A stretch of DNA of 51,130 nucleotides, filler included, from Catajapyx aquilonaris (GCA_000934665.2; 3 parts of 3 records of this genome joined end to end with filler, not necessarily neighbours in it); one strand, 5' to 3'. Numbered from the whole stretch's first letter, positions 12,725-26,035 are shown. Translations and numbers: made by a program. Notes: generated by a model not told the origin, from the sequence alone.

Positions 12725-14686
12725 TATGTATTTGCTGCTTAAGTTTATCGAAAACGGGGATTGTTTAGGGTCTGGGAGCGCATTAATTCACTTTCGATTA
12801 TTTCTTATGGAGAAAACTGATTCGGACTTCGAACTTCTAACGACCTCCTGGAACGAATTATGTTCGAAGAATGACAATGCACCACTGTTTGTAAATTTAA
12901 CATGCATTCGGAAATGGTAGCCTACTCTCCGTTATTTACTAAGAACTAAAGAGCAAAGACGTTTTTTTTTCAAGTAAGCTTTTGCACTGTGATGCCAGAG
13001 TTAACGTGGCAGCCTGAAGCGACTATTTGGCAGGAACTGTCTGAAAAATAGGGAGAAATATTACGAAGATTTAAAGAAATTAGCAGCTATCAGTTCTGAT
13101 AACTTTCACTTATTCTCCTGTAAAGTAGTGTAGGATTAGGATATTCCCTTTGTTCAACGAATACATATACAGTATAGTTGAATACAAACATTATTTTGTT
13201 GAGTACATTAGAATTGAAAATACATAATATCCAAGTTTATTTTCTCAACGTAGCTATTTTTTATTTAGACGCCCCTGCAATCCCATTATTAAGAGACGTG
13301 TATAAATATAGGCATCGCAGATAATCTACATCAAATACTTGCGGAAGAGAGTGACGAGTGTACTGCGCCACTAAGGAGCTGCGCAGTAGCAGCTGTAGTA
13401 AGTCCGCGAGTAAATTCCATATGATTATTAGGTCTGATGCTAATTTCCCGGCCAGAAAACCCCTCAACTTCAGGGGTGGTGACACACATGCACCAGAAAA
13501 CGACATTTTCCTTAATCGCCAACTTTTCACCCCTCCCAGAAATTAAGAGCGGTGAAAGTAATTAAGTGTTATTGTAGCAGTTCCCCCCCCCCCCNCCCCC
13601 CCCCCCCCGCCCGCCCCATCCTAACCCCTCCTTCTCTTTATTTCCCTCTCCCCCGGCAGCCAAGAGCAATATGCTGCTGCAGTGCAGTAGGCTAGGTATT
13701 TTTAGGAGGGGGGTGGGGTGGGGTGGGGTGGGGTGGGTTGGGGTTCCTTGGGCGTAATCGTTAATGTGGCGACTTCTCCAGTATGTCGCTGGGAAACGAG
13801 CTTCTCCGTTCCTTCTCTCGCGAGTAAATCTCACATAGGGGTCTAATTATGAGAACTTGGCTAGCGTTGGAGCGCATCCGAGTGACGGAGATGGGAGCCT
13901 TGCTTGTCTTCCCCTGTTACCCTGCTGCACCCTTCCCGTACTTAGCCACCTCCCAGCCTTGCTTGTTTCATCGCCAACTTCCGCTTCTCGCCTCTGCATC
14001 TCTTCATAGAACATCATCCAACTACTGGGCTTCCTAGACTGCTTCCCTTGGCATCAGCACAGTTTATGGATAAACACTTCTTCATCCAGATGCAGGATGA
14101 TGCATGCTCGTTTTCGCGTTAGTCTTTGCTCATGAACATTGCTACCCAAAGTTTACCCATGATACGCTGGTGTTAATATAATATAAAAACATTAATTAGC
14201 TCTTACAGTAGTAATGTTAGTACATGGTATTAATTTTATCATGAAAATGTACAGATTGCGTGAAATGTTAAAACCAAATCCATTATTAGCCTATGGTAAA
14301 ATGAGATGAACTTTCATAATGCATTGAATTCGAGATTTGCTTGTTATTTTATTTAAACGACAAAAAATTATAATTATCTTCCACATTATTTTTATAGCCC
14401 CGTATGTAGTTCACATTAAGAACTAAAACTCTTGATATTACAAAAACGTGAACTAATTTTGTCACATGCACAGTTTCTATTGTTCCTTTCCCTACTGGTA
14501 CGATGCAATGCTTTTAAAAGTAATGTAGACAAAAAAATCCGGTTACTTTACTAAATGTGCTCCGAACTAATTTGCTGAAATGTGGGCCCTATTTTTCCTA
14601 ATGACACAAACAGTCAATAAGGCACAATTCGTGGCTGAAGGCAATGCATCTGGATGATTCCGATCATGTAACCTAATGAGGAAGAG

Positions 14687-14958
14687 AGGGCGACACGGTG
14701 GCCGAGTGGTTAGCGCCGCAGCCTTCCACCTCTAAGGTCCCGAGTTCGATCCCCGGGTCGGACGGAGGATACTTATGTGGATAGAGTTTCGATGGGTTCT
14801 CTCCGTGTTCGCGTGGGTTTTCTCGGGGTTCTCCCGTTTCCTCCCACTATCAAAATCCATCACATTACAGGCAAATGATTCAAGTCGGTTATTCAAAAGA
14901 TGATCCCCTAAGAGGCCCAAGGGGCCTATCACGGGGTATCCATTATTATCATTATTAT
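14687..14958 (+). mobile_element. Full-length tRNA-derived SINE with V-domain-like core (family 1)
   Basis: A box TGGCCGAGTGG, B box GTTCGATCC, core gttctctccgtgttcgcgtgggttttctcggggttctcccgtttcctcccac, (ATT)n tail, and 13-bp TSD TAATGAGGAAGAG at 14674-14686 and 14959-14971. Confidence 0.9.
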
Positions 14959-16975
14959 TAATGAGGAAGAGTTTTAACGCACAAGACACTGTAAAGTCCC
15001 CCAACAACATACTATTAAACTATTTGGTCAGAATCAGTAAGAAGAGTACATTGGAATGATTTAATGGCACAGATTTTGGCATTCCAGTAGTCTACAAGAA
15101 ATGAAACAGGTTTTGTGCATTTCTATAGCCTTACAGTGTAATGTAGTGATATTTCAAATGTCCAAGGAATTTTACACATTGGTGAATGATACCTTCATTT
15201 TTTTGTTGAGAATACAACTATTTGTTTCTCGAACCTTGTGCCTTATCAAACACTGTTATTACGTTGCCGTGATAATACCGTGCATTACAGGGCTAGCTAG
15301 TACCATTTTCTGTGTGTTATCCATTTCATGTATCATACTGTATATGCATGAATATAGCGGAAAAGTTAATCTCGGATCATTAATTCGTACCCATTTACCT
15401 ATTCCGGACCTAAACACATTGTTCGTAAACTTGAACAGCATGGTCGGGTTAGTATAAAAGCACAACATAAATAAACAAGATAGGTAGGAGCGACCAAACA
15501 GAATCTGTTGGCCGTAAACCAAATGTGGGCAGGGCACTCTGTGTCCGTGTGATATTATGAAACATTCACTATCCAAACATCAAAGCAATGTTCCGAGTCC
15601 AAAAATAATTGTGTCTCGTTTGTAAGCTTGCAGTACAAAAGCTACAAAGCCAAAAGACTCACGAGTGATGAACCATTCAGTGTAACTGATGCGTAAGAAA
15701 GAGTAATTTTCTTTGGGTTCAGGGATGGAAACACAGTTCACCTTGGCGGGGAAATTGGGTGGTAATTTATGTTGATTAACCGAATGATGTAGCGATTTCA
15801 TAGCTTATCATCATAAAAACCCACAAAAATGGCCACACTTGCGATTAGGTTGAAATCCCCTTTTATCAATACAACCAGCATAACGTTGAAAACATACCGG
15901 TACCATTTCACCCGATTTCATGGTTCGCTGTCATTAAGTATTGAATTTTTATTTTTGCTCTGATTTTCCATTTGTGAGTTATTATAATGCGTAATAAGTT
16001 GTATTCAAGCTACATGAAAACGCTTTCTTTAAGAAAAAATAGCACACAACCTTGGAGTAAGCTGCTTTTTTTAGGACATGCATATTTGGTGCCATTTGAC
16101 ACCCATTTCTATGTGGCTGTGCTGCACCATATTTGGGTACTTGGTAGATGACAACATGGAGAATCCAATGCCACTTCAAAGTCATTTTCTACCTCTATTG
16201 GAGTTAGCTGCTTTTGCTTGGGAGCTCCTTCTTATGTCAATGTTGGAATAACTAATTTTATCCCACAACAAAATTTTAATAAACGGGAAACGACCATTTG
16301 AAATATTCATATCATATCATATTGCTTCCAGCTATAATATATTCAGTCCATCTACAGCATATTTTCGAAAGTAAATGTGCCAAATGTTAACATGACTGAA
16401 TATATTTTTACAGTATTTCTGATCGGCCTTAAGTTTTCATGTTCAGTGAGGCGCTGATTTCAGTCCACTGACCTTAATTAATAATTTAAAAAGGCGTATT
16501 AAAATATTCCGGTAATCATAGATTTTGGGAGATGTTTATGCAGTGTGTGTGGAATTTTTACACAAGCTTGTTAGGCCTACAACCAGACATTATTCAGGAC
16601 AGATCAGATTACAGGTGACATTCCGTATATTATGCAACTATCCAACAGATAATACAGTAATTACTGAAATTGCTGAATAAGCATATCAAACGCTTATATC
16701 AAAACAGTATAGGCTTAATTATAATTACTACAATTTATCATTCAGTGCATACTCTTATCTATAATATGTTGAGGCTTACTCCACATATCACTTGTGTACA
16801 TGTAAAAAATACACTATAATACACAGGGCTGTGATTTTGTGATTTTGTCTGAACAGTCATTATTCTAGTGTATATGGCCCAGCCCACGGACACTACCCCT
16901 ATCTTCTGGGCTTATCACCTGCCGAGGGATTACGCACCGGGTGCTCACTTGAGAGCGCCATGAGACATTTTCCAG

Positions 16976-17075
16976 NNNNNNNNNNNNNNNNNNNNNNNNN
17001 NNNNNNNNNNNNNNNNNNNTTAATTAATTAANNNNNNNNNNNNNNNNNNNNNNNNNNNNNNNNNNNNNNNNNNNN
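16976..17075. other. Assembly gap: 100-nt spacer with TTAATTAATTAA all-frame stop linker
   Basis: 44 N + TTAATTAATTAA (17020-17031) + 44 N; the same construct is at 34052-34151. Confidence 0.95.
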
Positions 17076-19273
17076 CGCACACTAGGAATAGTGTCATTCG
17101 ACTCATCTCATCGAGTAGATTCAGAAAATATATAGAAACCTGGAAGACTTTTGCGGCTCTAAACTGCACCCTCACCGTTGGAATAACCACCCCTGTCTTA
17201 ACTTTCTCCCCACACCGCCCCTCCCCCAACCCAATTTTACGCGCGTATGCGGAATTTTCTGACTGCATTTTTTAAAAGCCTGGTTTTATTGTCGCCCTTA
17301 CACCGCTGACATGACAAGAGTTTATAATAATGCAGTATACTAGCCCCTGCCATATAAGCATCCCGCTGAACAAAAGAGGCTGATTGGTAGCCCTCGACAC
17401 TCAGGATAAAGCATCCCTCGCAGGCCCACTCAATGGCCATTTCATTCAGATTTATTTCTTATTTTCGGATTTATTTTGAAATGTTCACTTCTTAAAGGTA
17501 ATTTTGAATAAGGTAGTTAATATGAAACGCCGTAAAGTGGAGAGTCTTGAAACGGGGGCTTCCTTAGATGTATCTTACCCTGCTGGGTGCTTCTTCACTG
17601 TAGATCACAAGTCCAACCTGTCACGCTGTATGATCACAAATTCCACTTTATGCATGGAAAAAGTTTGGAAAGGTTGCCTAGATGCTAAATTCTTTGTCTC
17701 TCAAGTCAATATCGTTTGCACAATAAGCATTTTCCCATACATAAATGTGGGATTGTGATTCAATGTGGAGTTAAAAGCAAAAAAAAAACAAAAAAAGGAA
17801 ATGTGAAATCAAACACTGCATTTTAATGCAACAATGGTAAAAAAAAGTAACACTGACAGTAATTGAAGAGTGTTAACAAAATGCGTAATTGCATTTCTGC
17901 ATAATTGCAAAAATCTTACAATACAAACATACCAGACAAGAATGTTTTGTACATGACCACATTCTGTACAATTATCTAAGCAGTTAGAAAATTTAATCCG
18001 ACATTCAATTACAACACCGGTATAAAACAATCAATCTATCCATTCAGTAGATCAGCACCAGCAGCATTGTACTTGTATCCTGAGTAGCAAAACATTTGTA
18101 CTTTGATATCCGACCAAACATATAGGCATTGTCAATAAATCCATTCACTTCGTGTGAAACAGATAAAATTAAAAATCACACACAATATTCCAATCCTTCA
18201 CAGTAACGACTAAAATAGCAGCACACAAGAGTAAAACTCTCATATAATTTTATGAGAGTACATGGTATGACTGAAATAGGGTGCATTCACAATCAAAAGG
18301 AGATCAATGTTGTATTGTCTATAGCATGACAAGTGATAATTTTGCAGTCAAGGTCTGTCAATTGGGCTATATGACGCCACATTTCTAGTTCAAATGAATT
18401 CGTTTCATCAGTACTCGTGTTCCATCACCAAGCTTGTAATTATGCACCTATTTCTGGATTGTGACAGTACCCTACTAAATGCAGATAGGACAGATGCACA
18501 TGACCAATAAATACAATCACAAATAATCCACAAAAATCAGAGTGAATTTAAGACAACCTTTCAGTCTTTTCAGGCTAGGAATTCTTACCTCATTCAAACA
18601 GTTTTACATTAATTGGCCTAGCACCTGTCATAAATGTAACAATCATGTTACAAAAGACCATTTCAACTTCATTCCTTTTATATGTTTTAAACCTTACAGG
18701 CTAGTTTACCATTAAAGGTAGATAAGCTAAAGGGAGCAATACTTGTTTTGCATGAGTGACTCGCTGTTTCCAGCTACGAATACTGTTAAAGAAACCCTGG
18801 GTAACTCATCTACCTTTGGTGCAACAGCTGGACCTAAGTCATATTAACCTAACAGAATGACAAGCATCGAATGACAAGTTCAAGCAACAATAGGCCATGC
18901 AAGTGACTCAAGTTTGCGTTGCTTGGAATAGATCATCACCAGGAGTGATTGGGCATATTTCTCAGCTTTCCTTAAAAGAAAGCAGCATCTGTTGTAGATT
19001 TCACAAGAACACACAGCATGTACTACTCGAATGTGTGCTTTCATACTTTCGCACATAGTTCAACTTGAAATCCTCTGCCCTGCAGCAGGTACCCATTACA
19101 CGTTTCACCCATATTCCAGACACAGCACAAATGTTACACAGTTATGTAAATGACAACCAGTCATTAACACTAGATTAACGCTGATTCAGTGATTCGTCCG
19201 TAGTTATCGGGCAGTTAGTGCATCTTGTCACAATCACCTTTGTTCCCATGCTGGGTTAACTTCCCTGGACATC

Positions 19274-22200
19274 TTAGGCACACTCCTTGATGTAAGGCAT
19301 CTCCAGGCCTTCCTTCGGAGTGAGACGCCTCTCCTGCAAAATTAGAATCAAATATTAGTTTTGGGAACAGGACTTCTCTGATGACTTATCTGAAACATGC
19401 TGGATTAAAAGCACTTTCTTAAACATGCAACATTAATTCCCACACAACAACCATTCAAAATAACCTCAGAATGCAATTTTCAATATGAAGAGAATTTCCA
19501 TTGTACTTAAAATCCAACACCTCAACAATTTACATGGGCCATTCCAGGCCACTTTGTAACTAGATTAGCCCATGGAACTTTGGATATTGTTCAAAGCTGT
19601 CAAAGTGGGAGAGGCAATATTATTTCCCATTAGTCATGGCCATGATCCATCAATTGTGAAAACATTGGGGTCTAATGTCACTTCATCAGCTACCACTTGT
19701 GTTGCCAGTACTTCATCTTGGATTTGCCCAAGATTAATAAAAAGAAAAAGGACTTACTGGATTAACATCCATGCACGAGTAGAAGAACCTTTCAAAGTTT
19801 CGGTCTTGGTCACCCGGTGAAGCCCATGGTCCACTGAGAACGGCACGTTTGCGAGCGGCATAGGCCTCACGATGCATCTAGGAATGACGAAGAAAATAAT
19901 TAAAGCAACAAAGTCTATGGATTATGAATGCTGATGTAAACCTACATCTGACTAAAATAACACAATAATTTCTGTTGTTGCAATATTCTTACATGATTAA
20001 TATGCGTATGTTTAACTGTACAGTAAATTAACATGTGCCAAGACAGTTCCAAGGCATTTCTCATGGCAAATTGAAAAATGCTCTAACATTGATCGTTTAC
20101 AAAGACATTAAGCTGATGAACAAATGCTGATAAAGCAATCAACAAAATAATAATTATAATCAAAGATAAGTTCATGATATTAGTAAATATATATTTTAGA
20201 CGTGAGGAAAATAATTGCTTATTAAATAAACGACAACAACATGCCAACCAAATATTCAGTGAATGTGAAGTAGACCTTGGCATGTCCTTCTGAATGGCAA
20301 CAACAAGCCTTTGCCTTATTGACCTCAGCATGCACTACTTTGAATGAATAAAAATTTTCTTGACAACTTACTTTCAGCTGGAACTCTCCGTTGGTCTCCG
20401 TGTAGTACATTCTGGTGTGCCTGCCTGCCGTAAGGACCTTGTTGGGTAGGTCCCCGCGGAAGAAGGTCCAAAGATGAAGCTTGTGGAGTGGGGGGCAATG
20501 AGCAAAAAGGCTGCACTCGGTGCCATAAAACATCATCCCGCACATAATGCCAAGGGACCACATGTCAACTGATTCGTCAAATGGTGCACCTGCGAAATAA
20601 TACATTTTTAAGAATCTGATTGTTTTATGCAAAGAAACCAGGGCCAATAAAGACCATCAAATCTCTCTCTTACCAACATAAATCTCAGGAGCTCTGAAGG
20701 CGATGGGGACAACATCTAGACCCACATATTTCTTCGCTTCACTGCGATGCATGCACCATCCAAAATCTGCCAGCTTGACCCTCCAACTCTTCTGACTGGG
20801 ATCAACCAGGATGTTATTTGGCTTGATGTCACAATGTACCATACCCTTTTCCTGAAAATGACAATATATTGACGATTAGAATGTATGTAAACAATGAGAT
20901 AAACCTTCCATCAAAGGTCTTGCCACATATATATCACACAGGTGATTCACTTTCAAAATTGCAAAGCAACATGCAGTGTGTACTCAGGTTGGCAAAGCAT
21001 GGGCATTACACACATTTAAGTTAAGCTACCTCGTATAAGAGGATCATTCTGGGTCCAATTGCCAGTGATTCTCAATTAACAGACCCAACCTCTCCAGTCT
21101 AAAATCTATGCCTGAATAATCTGCATTTCCAAATAAGACCCATTGCCTTTTGGCACGAATTAAGTGCCAGTTGATTACATTATTTAGCCATTATCGTAAA
21201 CAACCATTATAATCAGTGTACTCTGCTTACCTTGAGCCAATCAAGTGCCACCAGGAGCTGCCTTGCCACGTTCGAAACCTCAGGGGATGACAACTTGTGT
21301 TCAGGTTGCTGTTGTAGAACCATCCACAAGTCTGTGGGCATCGACTCCATCAGCAAGCAGTGGAGCTGACCGTGTTTGAACCAACCCAGGAACTTGACAA
21401 TGTTGTGCTTCTCCTCCTCCTCTCCATCGTTTGCCTCAATCGGCTGGCCTGCATGTGGTCGGGAGTTAAGGGGCATCCCTACGTACTGCATGACGGCCGC
21501 CTCCCTGGTGCATGACTTCTCGTCCACCTGCGCCTTGACCACTGCCACCTTGTGAGGCAGGCTCTCGTCCAGTTTGTCTGCATCTTTCCTCATGCACCTA
21601 AACACCTCTCCAAATGTGCCTGCTCCCAGGCATCTCAGCAAGGTGTACTTGACTCCACCGTTGGCTTGAATGACCTGTCCAGTGGCCAATCCACTCTTGA
21701 AGCCCTGCAATGTATTAATAATGGAAGATTTTAGGTACTGTATGGAACAGAGACCTGTTCACACATATTTAGCACATCAAAATAATATCTTCTAATGGAT
21801 TGGAAAAAGAGAAGTACACTACTACTCAATCATACTGGTTAATAAAAATGATGCAAATATATTTTACACGTCCAATGCATGTAGACCTAACCATGAATAT
21901 ATTTGTTTGATTTGGAAGGAACCAAAGCAACTATCTGACTATCTATGCACGCACTAAACATGTGAGTAATGGGTTACACGTTACAGGATTTCTATTTTAC
22001 ATTACAGAAAATGCCTGGGAAAAATATTTGCTGTGAAAACCANNNNNNNNNNNNNNNNNNNNNNNNNNNNNNNNNNNNNNNNNNNNNNNNNNNNNNNNNN
22101 NNNNNNNNNNNNNNNNNNNNNNNNNNNNNNNNNNNNNNNNNNNNNNNNNNNNNNNNNNCCCCCCCCCCCCCCCCGACGCAGATGACGTGTTTTTGTCCAG

Positions 22201-22664
22201 ATAAACTCCCGAAATACCGCAGGGCCCACGCCTGCTCCCCCTCCCCCCAGATAACGCCACTTCTTTGTCTTACAAGCAGTGCACATTTCCCAATATCCTG
22301 AAATCCATTACCAACACGTTTACTCCATGATCTCACTATTCAGCACTTGACTTATGGTTGCCAAAATAATTACATGCCTATCCTACTCCATTCCCGCTAT
22401 TTTCTACACCTGCAGTTTTAAAATTTCCGCATATGATAATTTCATCTGTAATTTGGAGCCACAATAAAAGCAGTTCGGACCGCACCATTATTTACTTGAT
22501 ATCACCACCGCCAGAAAATATTTTTCGGATATAAAGCCAACAGAAAAACTGTCGGCAACAGCCGATTTTTCGTCCGAAAATTTTCCGGCTCCGTGTACAA
22601 ACCCGAGACGTAAATGCCCGAAAAAAGCGCGACCAACCTGATGCCGTGCCTGCTGCTGTGCCAT
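19274..22664 (-). CDS. HIPK/DYRK-related (CMGC) protein kinase, kinase-domain-only, ~358 aa (kinase A)
   Basis: Six phase-compatible exons: 22664-22638 (accATGG, MAQQQARHQ; least certain, and an N-gap lies in intron 1), 21704-21231, 20851-20674, 20589-20372, 19877-19758, 19333-19274 (TAA). Motifs: GAGTFGEV, VAVVK, HCDIKPNN, LVDPSQKSWRVKLADFG, RAPE, ESVDMWSLG, CMDVNPERRLTPKEGLEMPY. Confidence 0.9.
22023..22158. other. Assembly gap (Ns) in intron 1 of kinase A
   Basis: Run of Ns followed by a poly-C tract. Confidence 0.95.
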
Positions 22665-24988
22665 GGTTCCGACGGACACTCAAAAGCGACGAGAAAATTC
22701 CGGACTGTCGCAATGTCGCCCAAGAAGTTTCCGGATGATTGCTCGAAGAGAAGTCAAGAGTTTCCAAGCACTCGAACAGATCTCAGAAGAAACTCGCGAA
22801 AATCTTCACCTTTGACCGCAGAAGGAACCAAAGCACGCCTTCACTCGACCTGAGCTCCCGGAGAAGTGGCCAGCAGCGAATGAGCAGTGGTCAACTCCCT
22901 GGGACACACCCAGGTCAGGTCCTTCCCTGCCAATCGCAGGAGGGACCCAAAGGGTGGGCTCAAAGGGGGAGGTCAAGTGAAAGTACTGCTAATCCGAAAC
23001 ATTCCTATACAGTTACAGTACTTGAAGTCTATTTAGAAAAAAAAGGGGTTTTTCCCAAGTTCCCCCAACCTTGTCCTTTTGCAACCAAAAGTACTTTTGT
23101 TGCTGGCTGATATAATGCAGTTTGATGTTTCTTGACACAATACAAAAACACGAGAGAATAGTTTTAGGCTACATCCTCAAACGCAGGCGGCATAATGGCG
23201 ACTATAGTCATGTAGGTATTATACGATATCAATTGTAATCATGGTGTTGAGAACCAGGCTTTATATGAGACTAGCAATATACCCGACGTTGCTTGTGTTA
23301 TGACATACTTTTCCATAGGAGTAACTCATTGATTTGGTAGTTATCTTTGCAATATTGAATGCTGAGATGGAACAATGTTGGATGTATGTTTTTGACACTA
23401 TACTTTTGAGATAGCTATAGAACGACGTTGGATATGGCCAGGAAAACCATAGGAGATCTGGCAACGAAGCCACATTCGTGCCAAATGGGGTGGCCACCAC
23501 GTCTCAGAAGTGCACAGTTCAATCCCACGGTTAATGGAAGAATTTCTCACATGGAAATAGCATTTGGGGAGGGGGGGGGGGGAGTTCTCCTGCTTCTTTT
23601 TGATGAGGGGCAGGGGGCGGATGGGAAATAAATTTCAATAAGCTCGTGAGCTTGAAGGACAACCAGAGACCTGGACTACCGGCCACGGCAAATTATTGAC
23701 AGTGTCCTCAATGCGTATTTTTTTTAAATGTTCCAGGTCCAAACAAACAAACAAAAATATGTTTAAAAAATGCACACAAACCAGAAACAAATATGATGCA
23801 AGTGGCTCAGGCCAGATTCACTGCCATTGTCCTCCATGGTAGATTGGAAGTGTGGCAAGCATCAGCCCAACGCACTTCAGCATTCCAGTCTCTATATGCC
23901 CCTCTTGGTTGTTGTAATGCAGTTGCTGAAGTTAGTTGATCTACACTTGTTCGGTGGAATTACATGGGCAGCAGTGCGGGGGAAAGGCAGCACACTGGGC
24001 AGCAACAATTCATCTTTCATGTACCTGAAACATAATAATGAGTCAGAAACAAGAGTACAAAATAATGGTGTAACTATAATGAAACTTGCCTATGGCAGAC
24101 TCTTGTTACAGCAGTAACTTACCTACTGTGGGAAAACTTGCTCTCAAGGTGGGAACTACATAAATGGTCAGCAGAAGCTCGTGTGAGGTCTACATGCTCA
24201 CATACACATAGTGTACAGTATTACACATATTGAACATCCACTGTATTTGTACAATCCAATTACGGTCCGTATTTCAGTATACAAAAACATATTATTGCAC
24301 TTTGAAACTGAGAGCTACCTACAGAGAAGTTTTCTCTCAGTATACCAGTTAAGGTCAGTCTTTGGCATGTACTCCTCAAGGCCCATACACACAGGCCGTC
24401 GATGGTTTTGGTCTTCGGTCGGGTTGACGCTGCGGACCAATCATGACTCATGTAAACAAGCTCAACACTTGTGTTGTGCTTGTGGATTGGTTCGCGGCGA
24501 AATCTTTCATAACTTGTTGAATCCGCACTATCAATTAAAAATATTTAAAAGTTAGTCTTGTTACTGGTATTAATTTATTTGCTTAGATCAAGTTCTCTGA
24601 AGTCTGTATGCACACAATATATTGCTATGGTCGAGTCACCATGAAAAACATAAGGCTGCAACATGAATAAGTTAGTCATCCTGTACTTTTGTAAATATCT
24701 TGAAGAATATTGTAAGAAATAAAACCAGAAGAATGGTGCTATGTGCATCAGATTGCCATTGCATCAAAATTATTAAAACACTGAACATTCCAGCTGCACA
24801 TGAGAAACCTGGGAGCTGTATAACAATATGCTTTTCACTAATAAATTCCTCAGCTTCATCACTCACTCACACACAGTAATCATAATTTGGCTTCGAGTAA
24901 CATCTCTTTCATCAGTTGTTCTGATATGCAGACACGGAGTGGATAAGCTGGCACGACTTAAATATTTGACTGCAGGCCTTTAATACGT

Positions 24989-26035
24989 TCATATGACCTG
25001 GAAGGTGCAGGTAAGAGCAGTGTCAATCGACATGAAGGCTCCCTTGTTAGTGAACATTCCGCAGTAATTGGGCGCTGAGAAGATGGTGACCAGCTGCCTG
25101 TCCGCGAAGAATTCATACCCATGCTCAGTCATTTGGTGACCACGACACATCAGCTCCAAGTTGTTCCTGTGCAGAAATGACTTAACTTCCTCTGGACTGA
25201 AAACCCAGCTGATGCCCCTCTCCCTGTTTGGTCCCCAATGCTGGACAGACATATCGGGGTCGGACCAGAGGAGGTCACACATGATACCTTCTGATGGGAC
25301 TGGTCCAGAGCGAGGCAACAGTCTGATCTATAATAAAAAAATAATGCATCGAACTTCAGTTTTTTAATACGTACACATTTTTTGGGGGATCGCTGCAGAT
25401 TCGAGCAAAAAATGAATTCAGACACCCACCTGGGACACCAAGTGCAATTCGGGGCTGAGACCACCATGGCAGCAGAATATCTTCCTGGACACTATTGCAG
25501 CCACTGGAAGGCAATTGAAGCACGCGTTGAACGCCATCCACATGCTGGCATTGCAGTGCTTCCTGAGAATCTCCTCGTAGAAACCATATATCCTGTTGAT
25601 GGATGAAGACTCGTGGTTGCCCCTCAGCAAGTACACCCTGTCTGGATACTTGACCTTGTAGGCCAGAAGCAGGCACATGGTCTCGATGCTGTGTCTTCCC
25701 CTGTCCACATAGTCTCCCATGAAGAGATAGGAGGATTCAGGAGGGTATCCCCCGTGGTCAAATATCTTGAGGAGGTCGTAGAACTGTCCGTGGATGTCCC
25801 CGCAGACCTTGAGTGGGGCAGGGATTTCCAGAAGCATAGGGTCCCTAAGCAGGACAACCTTGGCCTTCTCGATGATCCCAAAGACTTCCCCGTCGGTCAA
25901 GGATACATTGCGTCTAAGTTTTTTGCGGCAACCCAGTAGCTTCCTGATCAGCCTGTCCAAATCGTCATCAAATGTGCCAATGGAGGACACGCCATCATGT
26001 ATTGAAATTGTGTCAGTGAAGTCCAGGCCTTGCAT
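24989..26035 (-). CDS. Pp1: Serine/threonine protein phosphatase PP1 catalytic subunit-like (divergent paralog), ~314 aa
   Basis: Exons 26035-25430 (CAG|gtgggt) and 25327-24989 (tatag|ATC), phase 0. PPP motifs [32 protein letters not shown] and the PP1 signature SAPNYC...CTFQ are present, so all metal-binding residues are intact. Confidence 0.93.

Noticed and set aside
14687..14765. tRNA-like sequences here and at 45962-46035 and 47030-47101
   Set aside because: They are SINE heads: each is followed by a repeat body and flanked by target-site duplications, with no clean acceptor stem or Pol III terminator.
17020..17031. TTAATTAATTAA palindrome between N runs (also 34096-34107)
   Set aside because: Identical 44N-linker-44N construct at both sites, with stops in all six frames; a scaffolding artefact, not biology.
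19274..26035. Single PP1-kinase fusion protein on the minus strand
   Set aside because: PP1 has stops at 24991 (and at 23894 even with the hidden tail), and kinase A has its own Kozak ATG exon at 22664; no phase-compatible coding join is needed or evident.
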